From positions 510,001 to 542,000 of the forward strand of contig NZ_CP146064.1 of the NCBI RefSeq assembly GCF_037013405.1: 32,000 nt of DNA, written 5' to 3'. Of the stretch, positions 7,560-15,966 are shown piece by piece. The notes beneath the pieces are model-generated. The model was not told the DNA's origin. It searched no databases and was given only the letters and a program-made list of their open reading frames with translations. The DNA comes from Candidatus Nanosynbacter sp. BB002 (GTDB lineage Bacteria > Patescibacteriota > Saccharimonadia > Saccharimonadales > Saccharimonadaceae). The translations under genes were made by a program, and so were the position numbers. Within the stretch, counting starts at the first letter, position 1; every line of letters begins with the position of its first letter.

Positions 7560-8008
7560 AATAATTGGTCCAACTGCGCATTGCGCCTATTAAATCTTGG
7601 TGCATTGACATACGGAGTGTTAAGCCATGTCTCCATGATCCCTTTCCACGCCGCCTCATTGTCTTCCAAAACACGAGCCGGCAAGCACAACACGTTTGAG
7701 TTGTTGTCCTGGCGTGTCATTTTGGCTTCGTAAGCATCCCAAATGACGCTGGCACGAATCCCCTTGAAACGGTTCGCCGCCATACACATACCTTGGCCGC
7801 CACCACAAATCAAAATTGCTCGTGGATCGTCCGATTCATCACCAATCACCCGCAAAGCCGCCGCTTGAGCAAACTGAGGAAAATCATCATCCGGGTTCAA
7901 CTCTCGCCCACCAACGTCTTCAACTTCATAGTTATTTTTCACCAAATACGCGAAGACTTTTTCTTTCAACAGAAAACCGCGATGATCAGATCCCAAGTAA
8001 ATTTTCAT
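7556..8008 (-). CDS. rpiB: ribose-5-phosphate isomerase B (RpiB/LacAB family)
   Basis: MKIYLGSDHRGFLLKE... and ILICGGGQGMCMAANRFKGIRAS match RpiB motifs. I set the start at ATG 8008; the track ORF begins at a TTG at 8044. It overlaps rpe by 4 nt. Confidence 0.85.
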   Translation of the reverse strand: MKIYLGSDHRGFLLKEKVFAYLVKNNYEVEDVGGRELNPDDDFPQFAQAAALRVIGDESDDPRAILICGGGQGMCMAANRFKGIRASVIWDAYEAKMTRQDNNSNVLCLPARVLEDNEAAWKGIMETWLNTPYVNAPRFNRRNAQLDQLL

Positions 8009-8045
8009 ACTAATAAGTATAAGCGGTTTGGGAGCTTTTTGCAAA

Positions 8046-9068
8046 TTAGCCAGCGCGTTTCAATACAGCGCCAATGTCTGCCACCAACTCCACCAAACGG
8101 TTTGAATAGCCCCATTCATTGTCATACCAAACCATGACTTTGATCAAATTACCACCAACGACTTTGGTGAGTGGCAAATCAACAACCCCAGAGTGCGAAT
8201 TGCCGATAAAGTCGCGACTGACGAGAGGCTCTTCACTGACACCCAAAATGCCTTGATAGAACGTGTCTTGAGCTGCTTTTTTGAACGCCTCGTTCACCTG
8301 CTCGACTGTCACGTCACGCCGGAGAAGCGCCGTCACGTCACTGAGCGACACCACTGGTGTTGGTACACGGACACTCAGACCGTCAAATTTGCCAGTCAGC
8401 TGCGGCAACGTTTTCGTCACAGCAATGGCTGCACCCGTTGTTGTCGGCACCATGTTTTCAGCTGCGTTACGGCCTTCACGCAGATCTTTAGCAGGTGCGT
8501 CCTGTAACCTTTGACTGGCGGTGTAGCTGTGCACTGTCGTCAGCATTGATTTTTCCACGCCAAACTCTGTGTCCAGGACAGCCATCACTGCGCCCAAACT
8601 GTTGGTGGTACAACTGGCATTTGAGACAATCGGCGTTGCCGAGGCGATCTTGTCGTCATTGGTACCAAATACAATCGTATCCACACCATCAGACTTGGTT
8701 GGACCACTGATGACCACACGTTTCGCACCAGCTTCCAAGTGTTTGCCCGCGCCCTCTTTGTCGGTAAAGAAGCCAGTCGATTCAATCACGACATCGATAT
8801 TCATATCTTTCCATGGCAATTGCTGCGGCTCTTTCTCTGCCAAAACCTTGACAGATTGACCATCAACGATGAGTTCATTTTCTGTAAATGTCACTTGGCG
8901 GCCGTATTCACCGTAGTTACTGTCGTGCTTGAGGAGATATGCCAGTGTCTTTGTGTCCGTCAAATCATTGATGGCGACAATCTCCAAGTCGCTACGCTCA
9001 CGCGCAATCTTAAACGCATTGCGTCCAATCCGCCCAAAGCCGTTAATTGCTATTCTTGTTGCTGCCAT
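8046..9068 (-). CDS. gap: type I glyceraldehyde-3-phosphate dehydrogenase
   Basis: 340 aa with the NGFGRIGR NAD-binding motif, catalytic SNASCTTN and WYDNEWGYS. SD AGGGAGGG precedes the ATG. Confidence 0.95.
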   Translation of the reverse strand: MAATRIAINGFGRIGRNAFKIARERSDLEIVAINDLTDTKTLAYLLKHDSNYGEYGRQVTFTENELIVDGQSVKVLAEKEPQQLPWKDMNIDVVIESTGFFTDKEGAGKHLEAGAKRVVISGPTKSDGVDTIVFGTNDDKIASATPIVSNASCTTNSLGAVMAVLDTEFGVEKSMLTTVHSYTASQRLQDAPAKDLREGRNAAENMVPTTTGAAIAVTKTLPQLTGKFDGLSVRVPTPVVSLSDVTALLRRDVTVEQVNEAFKKAAQDTFYQGILGVSEEPLVSRDFIGNSHSGVVDLPLTKVVGGNLIKVMVWYDNEWGYSNRLVELVADIGAVLKRAG

Positions 9069-9116
9069 ACTGCCCTCCCTGTTAAGCGTTAGCCTTTTAT
9101 CCTATTATATACCAAA

Positions 9117-10280
9117 CTATTTTTCTCTTCTAGCGTGAAACTCTGCAAATAGACCAATGCCGACAAATACAACTGTCATAGAGCCTGCGACAAAGATACT
9201 CGTAGTATTTGACAGAAAACCAAACAATAATGCACATGGGATGAATATCAGACGACCAACAGTATTGATCACCGAACCAGCACCAGCGCGATATTTTGAT
9301 GGTAGATAGTGCTGCATTTTTGATGTAAGCGCAAGAACTAGTGCAAACGACAGCGTGCCAATAATAAACTGCAGTCCAACGGTTAACCAAAATAACGGAC
9401 TGATAGTCATGCCGATTGCGGAGATAAAGCAGACAGCTAGCGCCAATAGGACTCGTCGTCGAGTGGCAAAGAAGCGAACAATCGCACCGCCAGAACTATA
9501 TGTACCCGTGATGATAGCTCCTGCTATACCAAACAATGCTACCGGCATAGACAACGCCGCATACCACAGTTGATAGAACTCGCCATTCATTTTCTGTACC
9601 AAAAATACTACCAGCATAACAACCACCAGCCAGGCAAGGTCAGGGTTCTTGAAAACAGCCGCAAACGTACCCTTCGTATGCTCGATCAATTTCGCATCGG
9701 TTGATTGCTTGTGAATCGTTGTATCTCGATAGAATAATAAGACCACTGCTGCTAACCCTGCAGTAATGATTGTTGCAAAGAACGCCGACCTAAGCGATGT
9801 GGCAGACGCCAACCATCCACCTAATAACGCGCTGATGATTAAAGCAATACCGCCAAGCATCTCAAAGCGACCCAAAATCTTATCGTAGTTTCTTGTATGC
9901 CCCTGCTCTTCCTTAAGCAAGTCATAAATCATGGCTGAACCAGTACCGCTGGCAAGAGCATCAAAGAATCCCCAGAATGCTGCCGACACGACATACAGTG
10001 ATGGGTCATTGCTAATCCACCCAAAATAACTGCTTAGTAACATACTTAAGGCCGACAGAATCATAACACCCTTTCGACTCCAGCGATCCGCCAGTACGCC
10101 AGATGGTACTTCCATTAAGACTGACATTACCGCATAAATTGCTGCCATCAAACCAATACTGGCGTCATTGAATCCTATGCTGTACATAAATAGTTTTTCG
10201 ATGGAATACCAAAACACGAAGCACAGCAAGAATTTCGCAATAAACAGTGGCGCCAGGCGTCGGACGAGTGGATTTTTCAT
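9117..10280 (-). CDS. MFS transporter
   Basis: 387 aa, hydrophobic throughout (about 12 helices). GVLADRWSRKG matches MFS motif A (G-x-L-A-D-R-x-G-R-K) after TM2. Confidence 0.8.
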   Translation of the reverse strand: MKNPLVRRLAPLFIAKFLLCFVFWYSIEKLFMYSIGFNDASIGLMAAIYAVMSVLMEVPSGVLADRWSRKGVMILSALSMLLSSYFGWISNDPSLYVVSAAFWGFFDALASGTGSAMIYDLLKEEQGHTRNYDKILGRFEMLGGIALIISALLGGWLASATSLRSAFFATIITAGLAAVVLLFYRDTTIHKQSTDAKLIEHTKGTFAAVFKNPDLAWLVVVMLVVFLVQKMNGEFYQLWYAALSMPVALFGIAGAIITGTYSSGGAIVRFFATRRRVLLALAVCFISAIGMTISPLFWLTVGLQFIIGTLSFALVLALTSKMQHYLPSKYRAGAGSVINTVGRLIFIPCALLFGFLSNTTSIFVAGSMTVVFVGIGLFAEFHARREK

Positions 10281-10286
10281 CCCATT

Positions 10287-10295
10287 ATTATACCA
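10287..10295 (-). promoter_or_regulatory. extended -10 box (TGGTATAAT) for the MFS gene, leaderless geometry
   Basis: The minus strand reads TGGTATAAT. The hexamer ends 6 nt before ATG 10280 and there is no SD. Confidence 0.5.
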
Positions 10296-10298
10296 TAA

Positions 10299-10307
10299 TG
10301 TTATACT
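10299..10307 (+). promoter_or_regulatory. extended -10 box (TGTTATACT) for rel, leaderless geometry
   Basis: TGTTATACT, with the hexamer ending 6 nt before ATG 10314 and no SD. It lies back-to-back with the MFS -10 box inside a 33-bp spacer. Confidence 0.5.
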
Positions 10308-10313
10308 ATATAT

Positions 10314-11831
10314 ATGACGCGTGAAGAGCTACTCGCCACAGCTGGGCAAAAGTATGATGAAGTGCCAGTGCTGGTTTTGGCGAGTGCGATTGATTATGCG
10401 ACTGAAAAACACGCTGGACAAAAACGCAAAAGCGGTGAGCCGTATATCAATCACCCGCTGGCGGTGGCCGAGATTTTGATTGAGTGGGGCATGGACATCG
10501 ACACGGTGGTGGCGGGCGTGCTGCATGACACGGTCGAGGACACCGACGCGACGCTAGATGAACTGGAGAGTTTATTTGGACGAGACGTGGCGTTTTTGGT
10601 GGATGGCGTGACCAAGGTGTCGCAGGCACGCGCTGGCATGCGCAGTCTGGACAGCTATTTGCCACACACCAAGGATAATTTGACTAAATTGATGATCGCG
10701 GTCGGTGAAGATGTGCGGGTAATTATCATCAAATTGGCGGATCGCCTGCACAATATGCGGACGCTGCAATTTATGTCGCCAGAGAAGCAGAAGAAAATTG
10801 CTCGCGAGACGATCGAGGTGTTTGCGCCGCTGGCAGACCGATTGAACATGGGTCGCGTGCGTGTGCAGCTGGAAGAGTTGAGTTTCAAATATTTAATGCC
10901 GAAAGATTTTCACCGCACCAAAAATTTGATGGATAGTCGATTGAAAAAGTCGCAGCGAAAACTGGACCGTGTTCGCCGTGAAGTCGAGGCGCGACTGAAG
11001 GCGGAAAAACTCGTTTTCCAGATGGACGGCCGTGTCAAAAGTGTCTACAGTCTGTTTAAAAAACTTGATAAGGTCGGCGATATTGATAAGATTTATGATT
11101 TGATCGCCCTGCGGGTTATTGTCGATGATTTATCGACGGGATATTTGGTTCTGGGGATTTTGCACGATATGTATCAGCCGATGTACGAGCGGATCAAAGA
11201 TTATGTCGCCAACCCCAAGCCAAACGGTTACCAAAGTCTACACACCACCGTGCAAACGCCGAGTGGGCAAATTGTTGAATTTCAAATTCGCACCAAAGAG
11301 ATGCACGAATACGCTGAGCGTGGTTTGGCGGCCAGCTTCCACTACAACGAGCAGAAATTGACCGACGCGTACAAAAAGGGTCGTATGGGCGCTATGCCGG
11401 CAGACCTGTCGTGGATTCGCGACCTTCAGGAAGCGGCAGCGTTGGCGGGCGAAGGCAAACGATTTGATTCTAATAAGTTCCGCATGAAATTGTTCTCGGA
11501 CCGCATTTTCGTGTATTCTCCAAAAGGCGATATTTATGATTTGCCACGCGGCGCTTTCCCATTGGATTATGCCTACCGCATTCACTCTGACATCGCGGCG
11601 CACGCTAGTGGTTTCAAAATCAATGGTGTCATGAAGCCGTTTACCTATCATTTGCGGCACGGCGACACCATCGAAGTCTTAACCAATAAGTCCGCCCACC
11701 CCAAGCCGGATTGGCGCGAACTGATCATAACGCCTCACGCTAAAGACAAGCTGCGTTTGCAATTGTCGCGTAGCGGTGGCATCTTGCAGCAATTGACTGG
11801 CGGCGTTTCGTCACTGTTTCGGCACCGATAA
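10314..11831 (+). CDS. rel: RelA/SpoT-homolog (p)ppGpp synthetase/hydrolase, short form (HD + synthetase + TGS only)
   Basis: 505 aa. HD hydrolase motifs are HPLAVAEIL, HDTVEDT and RLHNMRTL. Synthetase motifs are YQSLHTTV and EFQIRTKEMH. The TGS domain is IFVYSPKGDIYDLPRGAFPLDYAYRIHSDI...GDTIEV. The protein ends about 45 aa after TGS. Confidence 0.9.
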   Translation: MTREELLATAGQKYDEVPVLVLASAIDYATEKHAGQKRKSGEPYINHPLAVAEILIEWGMDIDTVVAGVLHDTVEDTDATLDELESLFGRDVAFLVDGVTKVSQARAGMRSLDSYLPHTKDNLTKLMIAVGEDVRVIIIKLADRLHNMRTLQFMSPEKQKKIARETIEVFAPLADRLNMGRVRVQLEELSFKYLMPKDFHRTKNLMDSRLKKSQRKLDRVRREVEARLKAEKLVFQMDGRVKSVYSLFKKLDKVGDIDKIYDLIALRVIVDDLSTGYLVLGILHDMYQPMYERIKDYVANPKPNGYQSLHTTVQTPSGQIVEFQIRTKEMHEYAERGLAASFHYNEQKLTDAYKKGRMGAMPADLSWIRDLQEAAALAGEGKRFDSNKFRMKLFSDRIFVYSPKGDIYDLPRGAFPLDYAYRIHSDIAAHASGFKINGVMKPFTYHLRHGDTIEVLTNKSAHPKPDWRELIITPHAKDKLRLQLSRSGGILQQLTGGVSSLFRHR

Positions 11832-11860
11832 TCAACGGTACAATCTTGTAGGCGGAATAT

Positions 11861-11986
11861 AAAAAAACAATATCACCCTCATCTCAGGGGCCGTGACGGG
11901 CGCGAAAGCCCGTCAGCCGAACGCCACAGGCTGACCGTAGGTCACCTGTAAAGAGTACTCTGAGTGAGGTGTGATATTGTTTTGTT
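11861..11986. terminator. long inverted-repeat element between convergent rel and ppa: bidirectional terminator, structured RNA or MITE-like element
   Basis: The 23-nt arms AAACAATATCACCCTCATCTCAG (11865-11887) and CTGAGTGAGGTGTGATATTGTTT (11960-11982) pair with 2 bulges. An A7 tract lies 5' and a T4 tract 3'. The 72-nt interior holds two further hairpins: GACGGGC/GCCCGTC with loop GCGAAA, and GTCAGCC/GGCTGAC. Confidence 0.5.
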
Positions 11987-11998
11987 GCGTCGATACTC

Positions 11999-12532
11999 TT
12001 ACGCTTGCTCGTTCCAGCGAATGATCGAATCGCGAATGATTTGCTTGGCACGCTCAACGTCACCAAAGCCCTTGACGACTGTCGAGCCTGGCTTTTTCAT
12101 ATCTTTGTAGTGATTGAAATGATGCTCAATTTGTTTGAGCAGTTGTGGCGGTAAGTCTTCCAATGAGTTAATAGCATCACCGGTGTTGCGGTCATCAGCT
12201 GGCACCACGATCACCTTATCGTCAACTTCATCATCATCAACAAACTCCAGCACACCAATAACCTTTGCCTCCATGAAAATACCCGTTGTCAGTGGCTGGT
12301 CGGTGATGATTAAAGCATCCAATTCATCGCCGTCCTCGTCCAATGTCTGCGGGATGAAACCATAGTTGGTTGGCTTGGCAAAAATTGCTGGCTCGACGCG
12401 GTCCAGTTGCATGACCGCTAGCTCACGATTCCACTCGATTTTGTGGTTTGAACCTTGCGGGATCTCAACGACAACATTCACGATGCCGTTTTCTACGTCA
12501 CCTGGTGTTAAAATTTGATTGAAGTCTGCCAT
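11999..12532 (-). CDS. ppa: inorganic pyrophosphatase (family I)
   Basis: 177 aa with VNVVVEIPQGSNHKIEWN, YGFIPQTLDEDGDELDALI and VIVVPADD, typical of soluble family I PPase. Confidence 0.9.
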   Translation of the reverse strand: MADFNQILTPGDVENGIVNVVVEIPQGSNHKIEWNRELAVMQLDRVEPAIFAKPTNYGFIPQTLDEDGDELDALIITDQPLTTGIFMEAKVIGVLEFVDDDEVDDKVIVVPADDRNTGDAINSLEDLPPQLLKQIEHHFNHYKDMKKPGSTVVKGFGDVERAKQIIRDSIIRWNEQA

Positions 12533-12535
12533 GAT

Positions 12536-13468
12536 TTACTCCTCTCTGGCTTTTTCTTGTAAATATTCACGAATTTGCAACGCTGCGACCGCGCCCTCGC
12601 CGACCGCCGAAGCGATTTGCATGGTTGCACCGGAACGCACGTCACCCGAAGCAAAGACACCGGGAACATTGGTGTGCAAATGCTCGTCGGTGACGATGTG
12701 TCCGCCGAGGTCCAGCTCAACATCTGAGTCTGTCAAAAACTGCGTATTTGGAATCAAGCCGATGAAGACAAATAAGCCGTCTGCAGTAAACTCTTTCTGC
12801 TCGCCGTTCTGGGTTGATTTGACACCGTAGAATTGGTCGTCCTTCACGATAATTTCATCGGTAGTTGCACCGATGTGGACGGTAATGTTGCCTGCGTCAA
12901 CGTATTTTTGTAGTTCTTTTTGCAAGACGTCGCTGGCGCGTAATTTGCTGCGCACCAACAGGTCAATGTGGCTTGCGTAGCGAGTCAAAAATATCGCTTC
13001 TTGCACCGCTGAGTTACCGCCACCAACGACGATCAGTTTCTTATCGCGGTAAAATGCACCGTCGCACGTCGCACAGTAATGCACGCCACGACCATACAGC
13101 TCGTCTTCGCCTGGCACACCCAGCTTCCGATGATTTGAGCCGGTCGCTAACAACACAGCTTTAGTTCGCACTGGCTGACCATCAACTGTCAATTCCAATT
13201 CGCCATTAACTTGCTTCAGCTCTGTCACGTCACCGTACTCAATATCCGCACCGAACCGCTCAGCCTGCTGCTGCAATTCGGACGCCAACTTCATGCCGGT
13301 CACGCCCTCAGCGAAGCCCGGGTAATTATCAATTTGGTCAGTAATAGCCGCCATGCCGCCGACCACGCCGCGTTCATACAGTGTCGTTGGCACGTCTTCA
13401 CGCGACAAATAGATGGCTGCGGTGAGCGCGCTTGGACCAGCGCCAACGATGATAACTTCTTTAGACAT
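12536..13468 (-). CDS. trxB: thioredoxin-disulfide reductase
   Basis: Redox-active CATC (HYCATCDGAF), IIVGAGPSALTAAIY (FAD-binding) and VVGGGNSAVQEA (NADPH-binding). I set the start at ATG 13468 (MSKEVIIVGAG), which has an AAGGGGG SD. The 30-aa longer track ORF overlaps the FKBP gene. Confidence 0.9.
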   Translation of the reverse strand: MSKEVIIVGAGPSALTAAIYLSREDVPTTLYERGVVGGMAAITDQIDNYPGFAEGVTGMKLASELQQQAERFGADIEYGDVTELKQVNGELELTVDGQPVRTKAVLLATGSNHRKLGVPGEDELYGRGVHYCATCDGAFYRDKKLIVVGGGNSAVQEAIFLTRYASHIDLLVRSKLRASDVLQKELQKYVDAGNITVHIGATTDEIIVKDDQFYGVKSTQNGEQKEFTADGLFVFIGLIPNTQFLTDSDVELDLGGHIVTDEHLHTNVPGVFASGDVRSGATMQIASAVGEGAVAALQIREYLQEKAREE

Positions 13469-14138
13469 TGAGCCCCCTTGATTTATAATATCGTTTGATA
13501 ATTTCTGGCATTTCTGGCTGTGGAATATTTGCTGGCTTTTCAATGGCCATGATGACAAACTTCAGCGGCGCATTGGCAGGGATTTTATCACCCTGACCTT
13601 GACTGCCGTAAGCTTTATCAGCTGGAATTGTCAATTCACGCACACCGCCAATCTTCATCCCAACTAGGCCCTCTTTCCAACCCTGGATGACTGCGGTATT
13701 CGCCGGACCGTTTATGGCAAATGGTGCTTTCAATTTACCATCAGCGATTGACTGGTCAAATACTTCACCTTTGGCATTCCATCCAATGTAATACACCGCA
13801 AATTTGGTGTCATCTTTGACTTCTGCGCCGTCACCTTCCACCAAGTCCTCTTTGCCGAGTTCTTTGACATCGCCAGCTTCAAACGCACCGACCCGTGAGC
13901 CAAACTCAGCAAATTTAGCATAATATTTATTGTTTAATTCCGCCGTCTGCGCGTCAACTTTCTTTTGGCGTTCTGTATTTGCTGCTTTATAGCTTTCTTG
14001 CGCTCGCTGCAGCTCAGCCTGATCTTTGGCTTCATTGCCCGGAGCCACTATCATGGCGATAAATCCGCCAACTGTACCCACTAACATTGTGATTGTAATA
14101 ATCCAAATTCCTATTCTTTGCGATCTTGCTATCGCCAT
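13461..14138 (-). CDS. membrane-anchored FKBP-type peptidyl-prolyl cis-trans isomerase
   Basis: 225 aa with an N-terminal TM helix (IGIWIITITMLVGTVGGFIAMIV). The C-terminal FKBP domain reads VYYIGWNAKGEVFDQS...VIQGWKEGLVGMKIGGVRELTIPADKAYG. SD GAGGAGGA precedes the ATG. Confidence 0.85.
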   Translation of the reverse strand: MAIARSQRIGIWIITITMLVGTVGGFIAMIVAPGNEAKDQAELQRAQESYKAANTERQKKVDAQTAELNNKYYAKFAEFGSRVGAFEAGDVKELGKEDLVEGDGAEVKDDTKFAVYYIGWNAKGEVFDQSIADGKLKAPFAINGPANTAVIQGWKEGLVGMKIGGVRELTIPADKAYGSQGQGDKIPANAPLKFVIMAIEKPANIPQPEMPEIIKRYYKSRGLNV

Positions 14139-14163
14139 ATCTTATCCTCCTCTGTTTATCCTA

Positions 14164-15966
14164 TTATACATCAACTTTTGGCTCGGCGGCAATGTCATAC
14201 GCAGCCAGCCGCTCGCCCGCTACACCAGGATTCTTTTGCAGCTCCAGCAACTTGGCGTAGATGCCATTTGTCTTAGCCAATTCATCTGGCGACCCAATCT
14301 CATCAACTCGTCCATTTTTCAGAGTGATAATGGTGTCGACCGCTGCAATGGTCGACAAGCGGTGAGCGATGATCAATGTAGTGCGACCTTTCATCAACCG
14401 GTCAAGCGCTTGCTGCACCAAATGTTCATTCTTATTGTCCAAATTACTGGTTGCCTCGTCCAATATCAAAATTGGCGCATCTTTCAACACCGCACGTGCA
14501 ATGGCAATGCGCTGTTTCTGACCTCCTGAAAGTTTCAGACCATGCTCACCAATCTGCGTGTCGTAGCCATAGTCCAACTGGCGAATAAACTCATCAGCAT
14601 TGGCGGCTTTGGCGGCGGCAAAAATTTCCTTGTCCGTTGCATCTGCTTTACCATAAGCAATGTTTTCACGAATTGTACCAGAGAAAAGCACCGGGTCCTG
14701 AAAGACTGTTGCAATGTGTCCGCGCAAACTGCGCTGGGTCAGGTTGCGAATGTCAGTATCATTGACTGAGATGACGCCACTATCACGTTCATACAGCCGC
14801 ATCAACAAATTGGTAATCGTGGTTTTACCACCACCCGACTCACTGACTAAAGCCACGCGCTTACCAGCAGGAATTGTAAAGGAAATGTTGTGCAAAACTG
14901 GACGATTTGGCACACTAGCGTATCGGAACGACACATCGTCAAAGGAGATCGTCGCCTTTTCCGTGTTCAGGTGAGCCGCATCAGGCGCGTCCTTGATACC
15001 AGGTTTGAGCTCCATGGCCGCAATGAAATCTTTACTCCCTGACACTGCTTTCTGAAAGCCATCAACGATGAAACTCATACTAAAGAGCGGCGTTCGCAGA
15101 TTGTTGATCAAGGTGATGAGCAAAATCATCTCACCAATCGTAAACTTTTTCTCGGTCGTCTGAACAAAAATGTACGCAAAGATGAGGAAAAAGACAATGC
15201 TCAAAATTAAGCCGCGAATGACATCCATTTTGTGCCAATAGCGCGACTGCTTGCGCGTTACGGCGATGGTTTTACGGTAACGTTTGGCAAAATGTCGGTA
15301 CTCTAAACTTTCGCGAACATAGCTTTTGACCACTTTGATTTGCGATACGACTTCTGCAAATCGGCCGCTAGCCATATCGACTTCGTGATTTTTATTTGAC
15401 TGGAAATAGCGCCATTTTTTGCTGGTCAATACTGCCAGCCAGATGAACAACGGATACAATATCAATACCAGCAGTGCCAGCTCTAAGCTGTACGTCAGGA
15501 CGATACCAATCGTGATACAGCTGGTCAGGAGCATTTGCAGGAAATTGTTTGCAAACATATTCAGGAAATTGCTCATTTCAGTGATGGCGCGGTTCAGGCG
15601 GTTGATGATGGTGCCTGTCAGTTCCCCATCAAAATAACTTTGTGGCAGGCTAAGCAAGTGGTGATAATAATGCGTCGACAACTGTGCTTTGAGCTTGGTG
15701 GACATAACATCGCCCCAGTAGCCACCTAAGTTACGAATCAACACATTGGCAACGTCAAACACCAATAGCAAAGCTGCCAGCCACAGCACCTGACCAACGC
15801 CGATGTTGTTGCCTTCAACCACTTCCACCATCAAAGTAGTAGCCCGCGATATGACATACGGCATGGCGATGCCAGTCAACGCCACCAATATCGAACACAG
15901 GCTAATCTTGACATAAAACGGCAGCATATTGTGCGTATAGCCCAAGGTACGGAGGAGCGATTTCAT
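14164..15966 (-). CDS. ABC exporter, fused permease/ATPase (MsbA/type I exporter-like)
   Basis: 600 aa with a 6-helix N-terminal TMD. Walker A is SESGGGKTT, the signature is LSGGQKQRIAIARA and Walker B is ILILDEATSNLD. Its start overlaps the pheT stop by 1 nt. Confidence 0.9.
   Translation of the reverse strand: MKSLLRTLGYTHNMLPFYVKISLCSILVALTGIAMPYVISRATTLMVEVVEGNNIGVGQVLWLAALLLVFDVANVLIRNLGGYWGDVMSTKLKAQLSTHYYHHLLSLPQSYFDGELTGTIINRLNRAITEMSNFLNMFANNFLQMLLTSCITIGIVLTYSLELALLVLILYPLFIWLAVLTSKKWRYFQSNKNHEVDMASGRFAEVVSQIKVVKSYVRESLEYRHFAKRYRKTIAVTRKQSRYWHKMDVIRGLILSIVFFLIFAYIFVQTTEKKFTIGEMILLITLINNLRTPLFSMSFIVDGFQKAVSGSKDFIAAMELKPGIKDAPDAAHLNTEKATISFDDVSFRYASVPNRPVLHNISFTIPAGKRVALVSESGGGKTTITNLLMRLYERDSGVISVNDTDIRNLTQRSLRGHIATVFQDPVLFSGTIRENIAYGKADATDKEIFAAAKAANADEFIRQLDYGYDTQIGEHGLKLSGGQKQRIAIARAVLKDAPILILDEATSNLDNKNEHLVQQALDRLMKGRTTLIIAHRLSTIAAVDTIITLKNGRVDEIGSPDELAKTNGIYAKLLELQKNPGVAGERLAAYDIAAEPKVDV

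Noticed and set aside
11861-11986. Possible SRP (4.5S) RNA or tRNA-like gene
   Set aside because: The conserved SRP domain IV motifs (GGAA tetraloop flanked by AGGUC / GGAAGCAGCC-type loops) are absent and the helices are almost fully paired. There is no cloverleaf or T-loop (GTTCRA) motif. It is kept only as an unclassified structured element or terminator.
11884-12066. 60-aa ORF spanning the rel-ppa inverted-repeat element
   Set aside because: It overlaps the ppa 3' end in another frame and runs through the GC-rich hairpin core. It has no SD, so it is most likely an artefact of the structured element.
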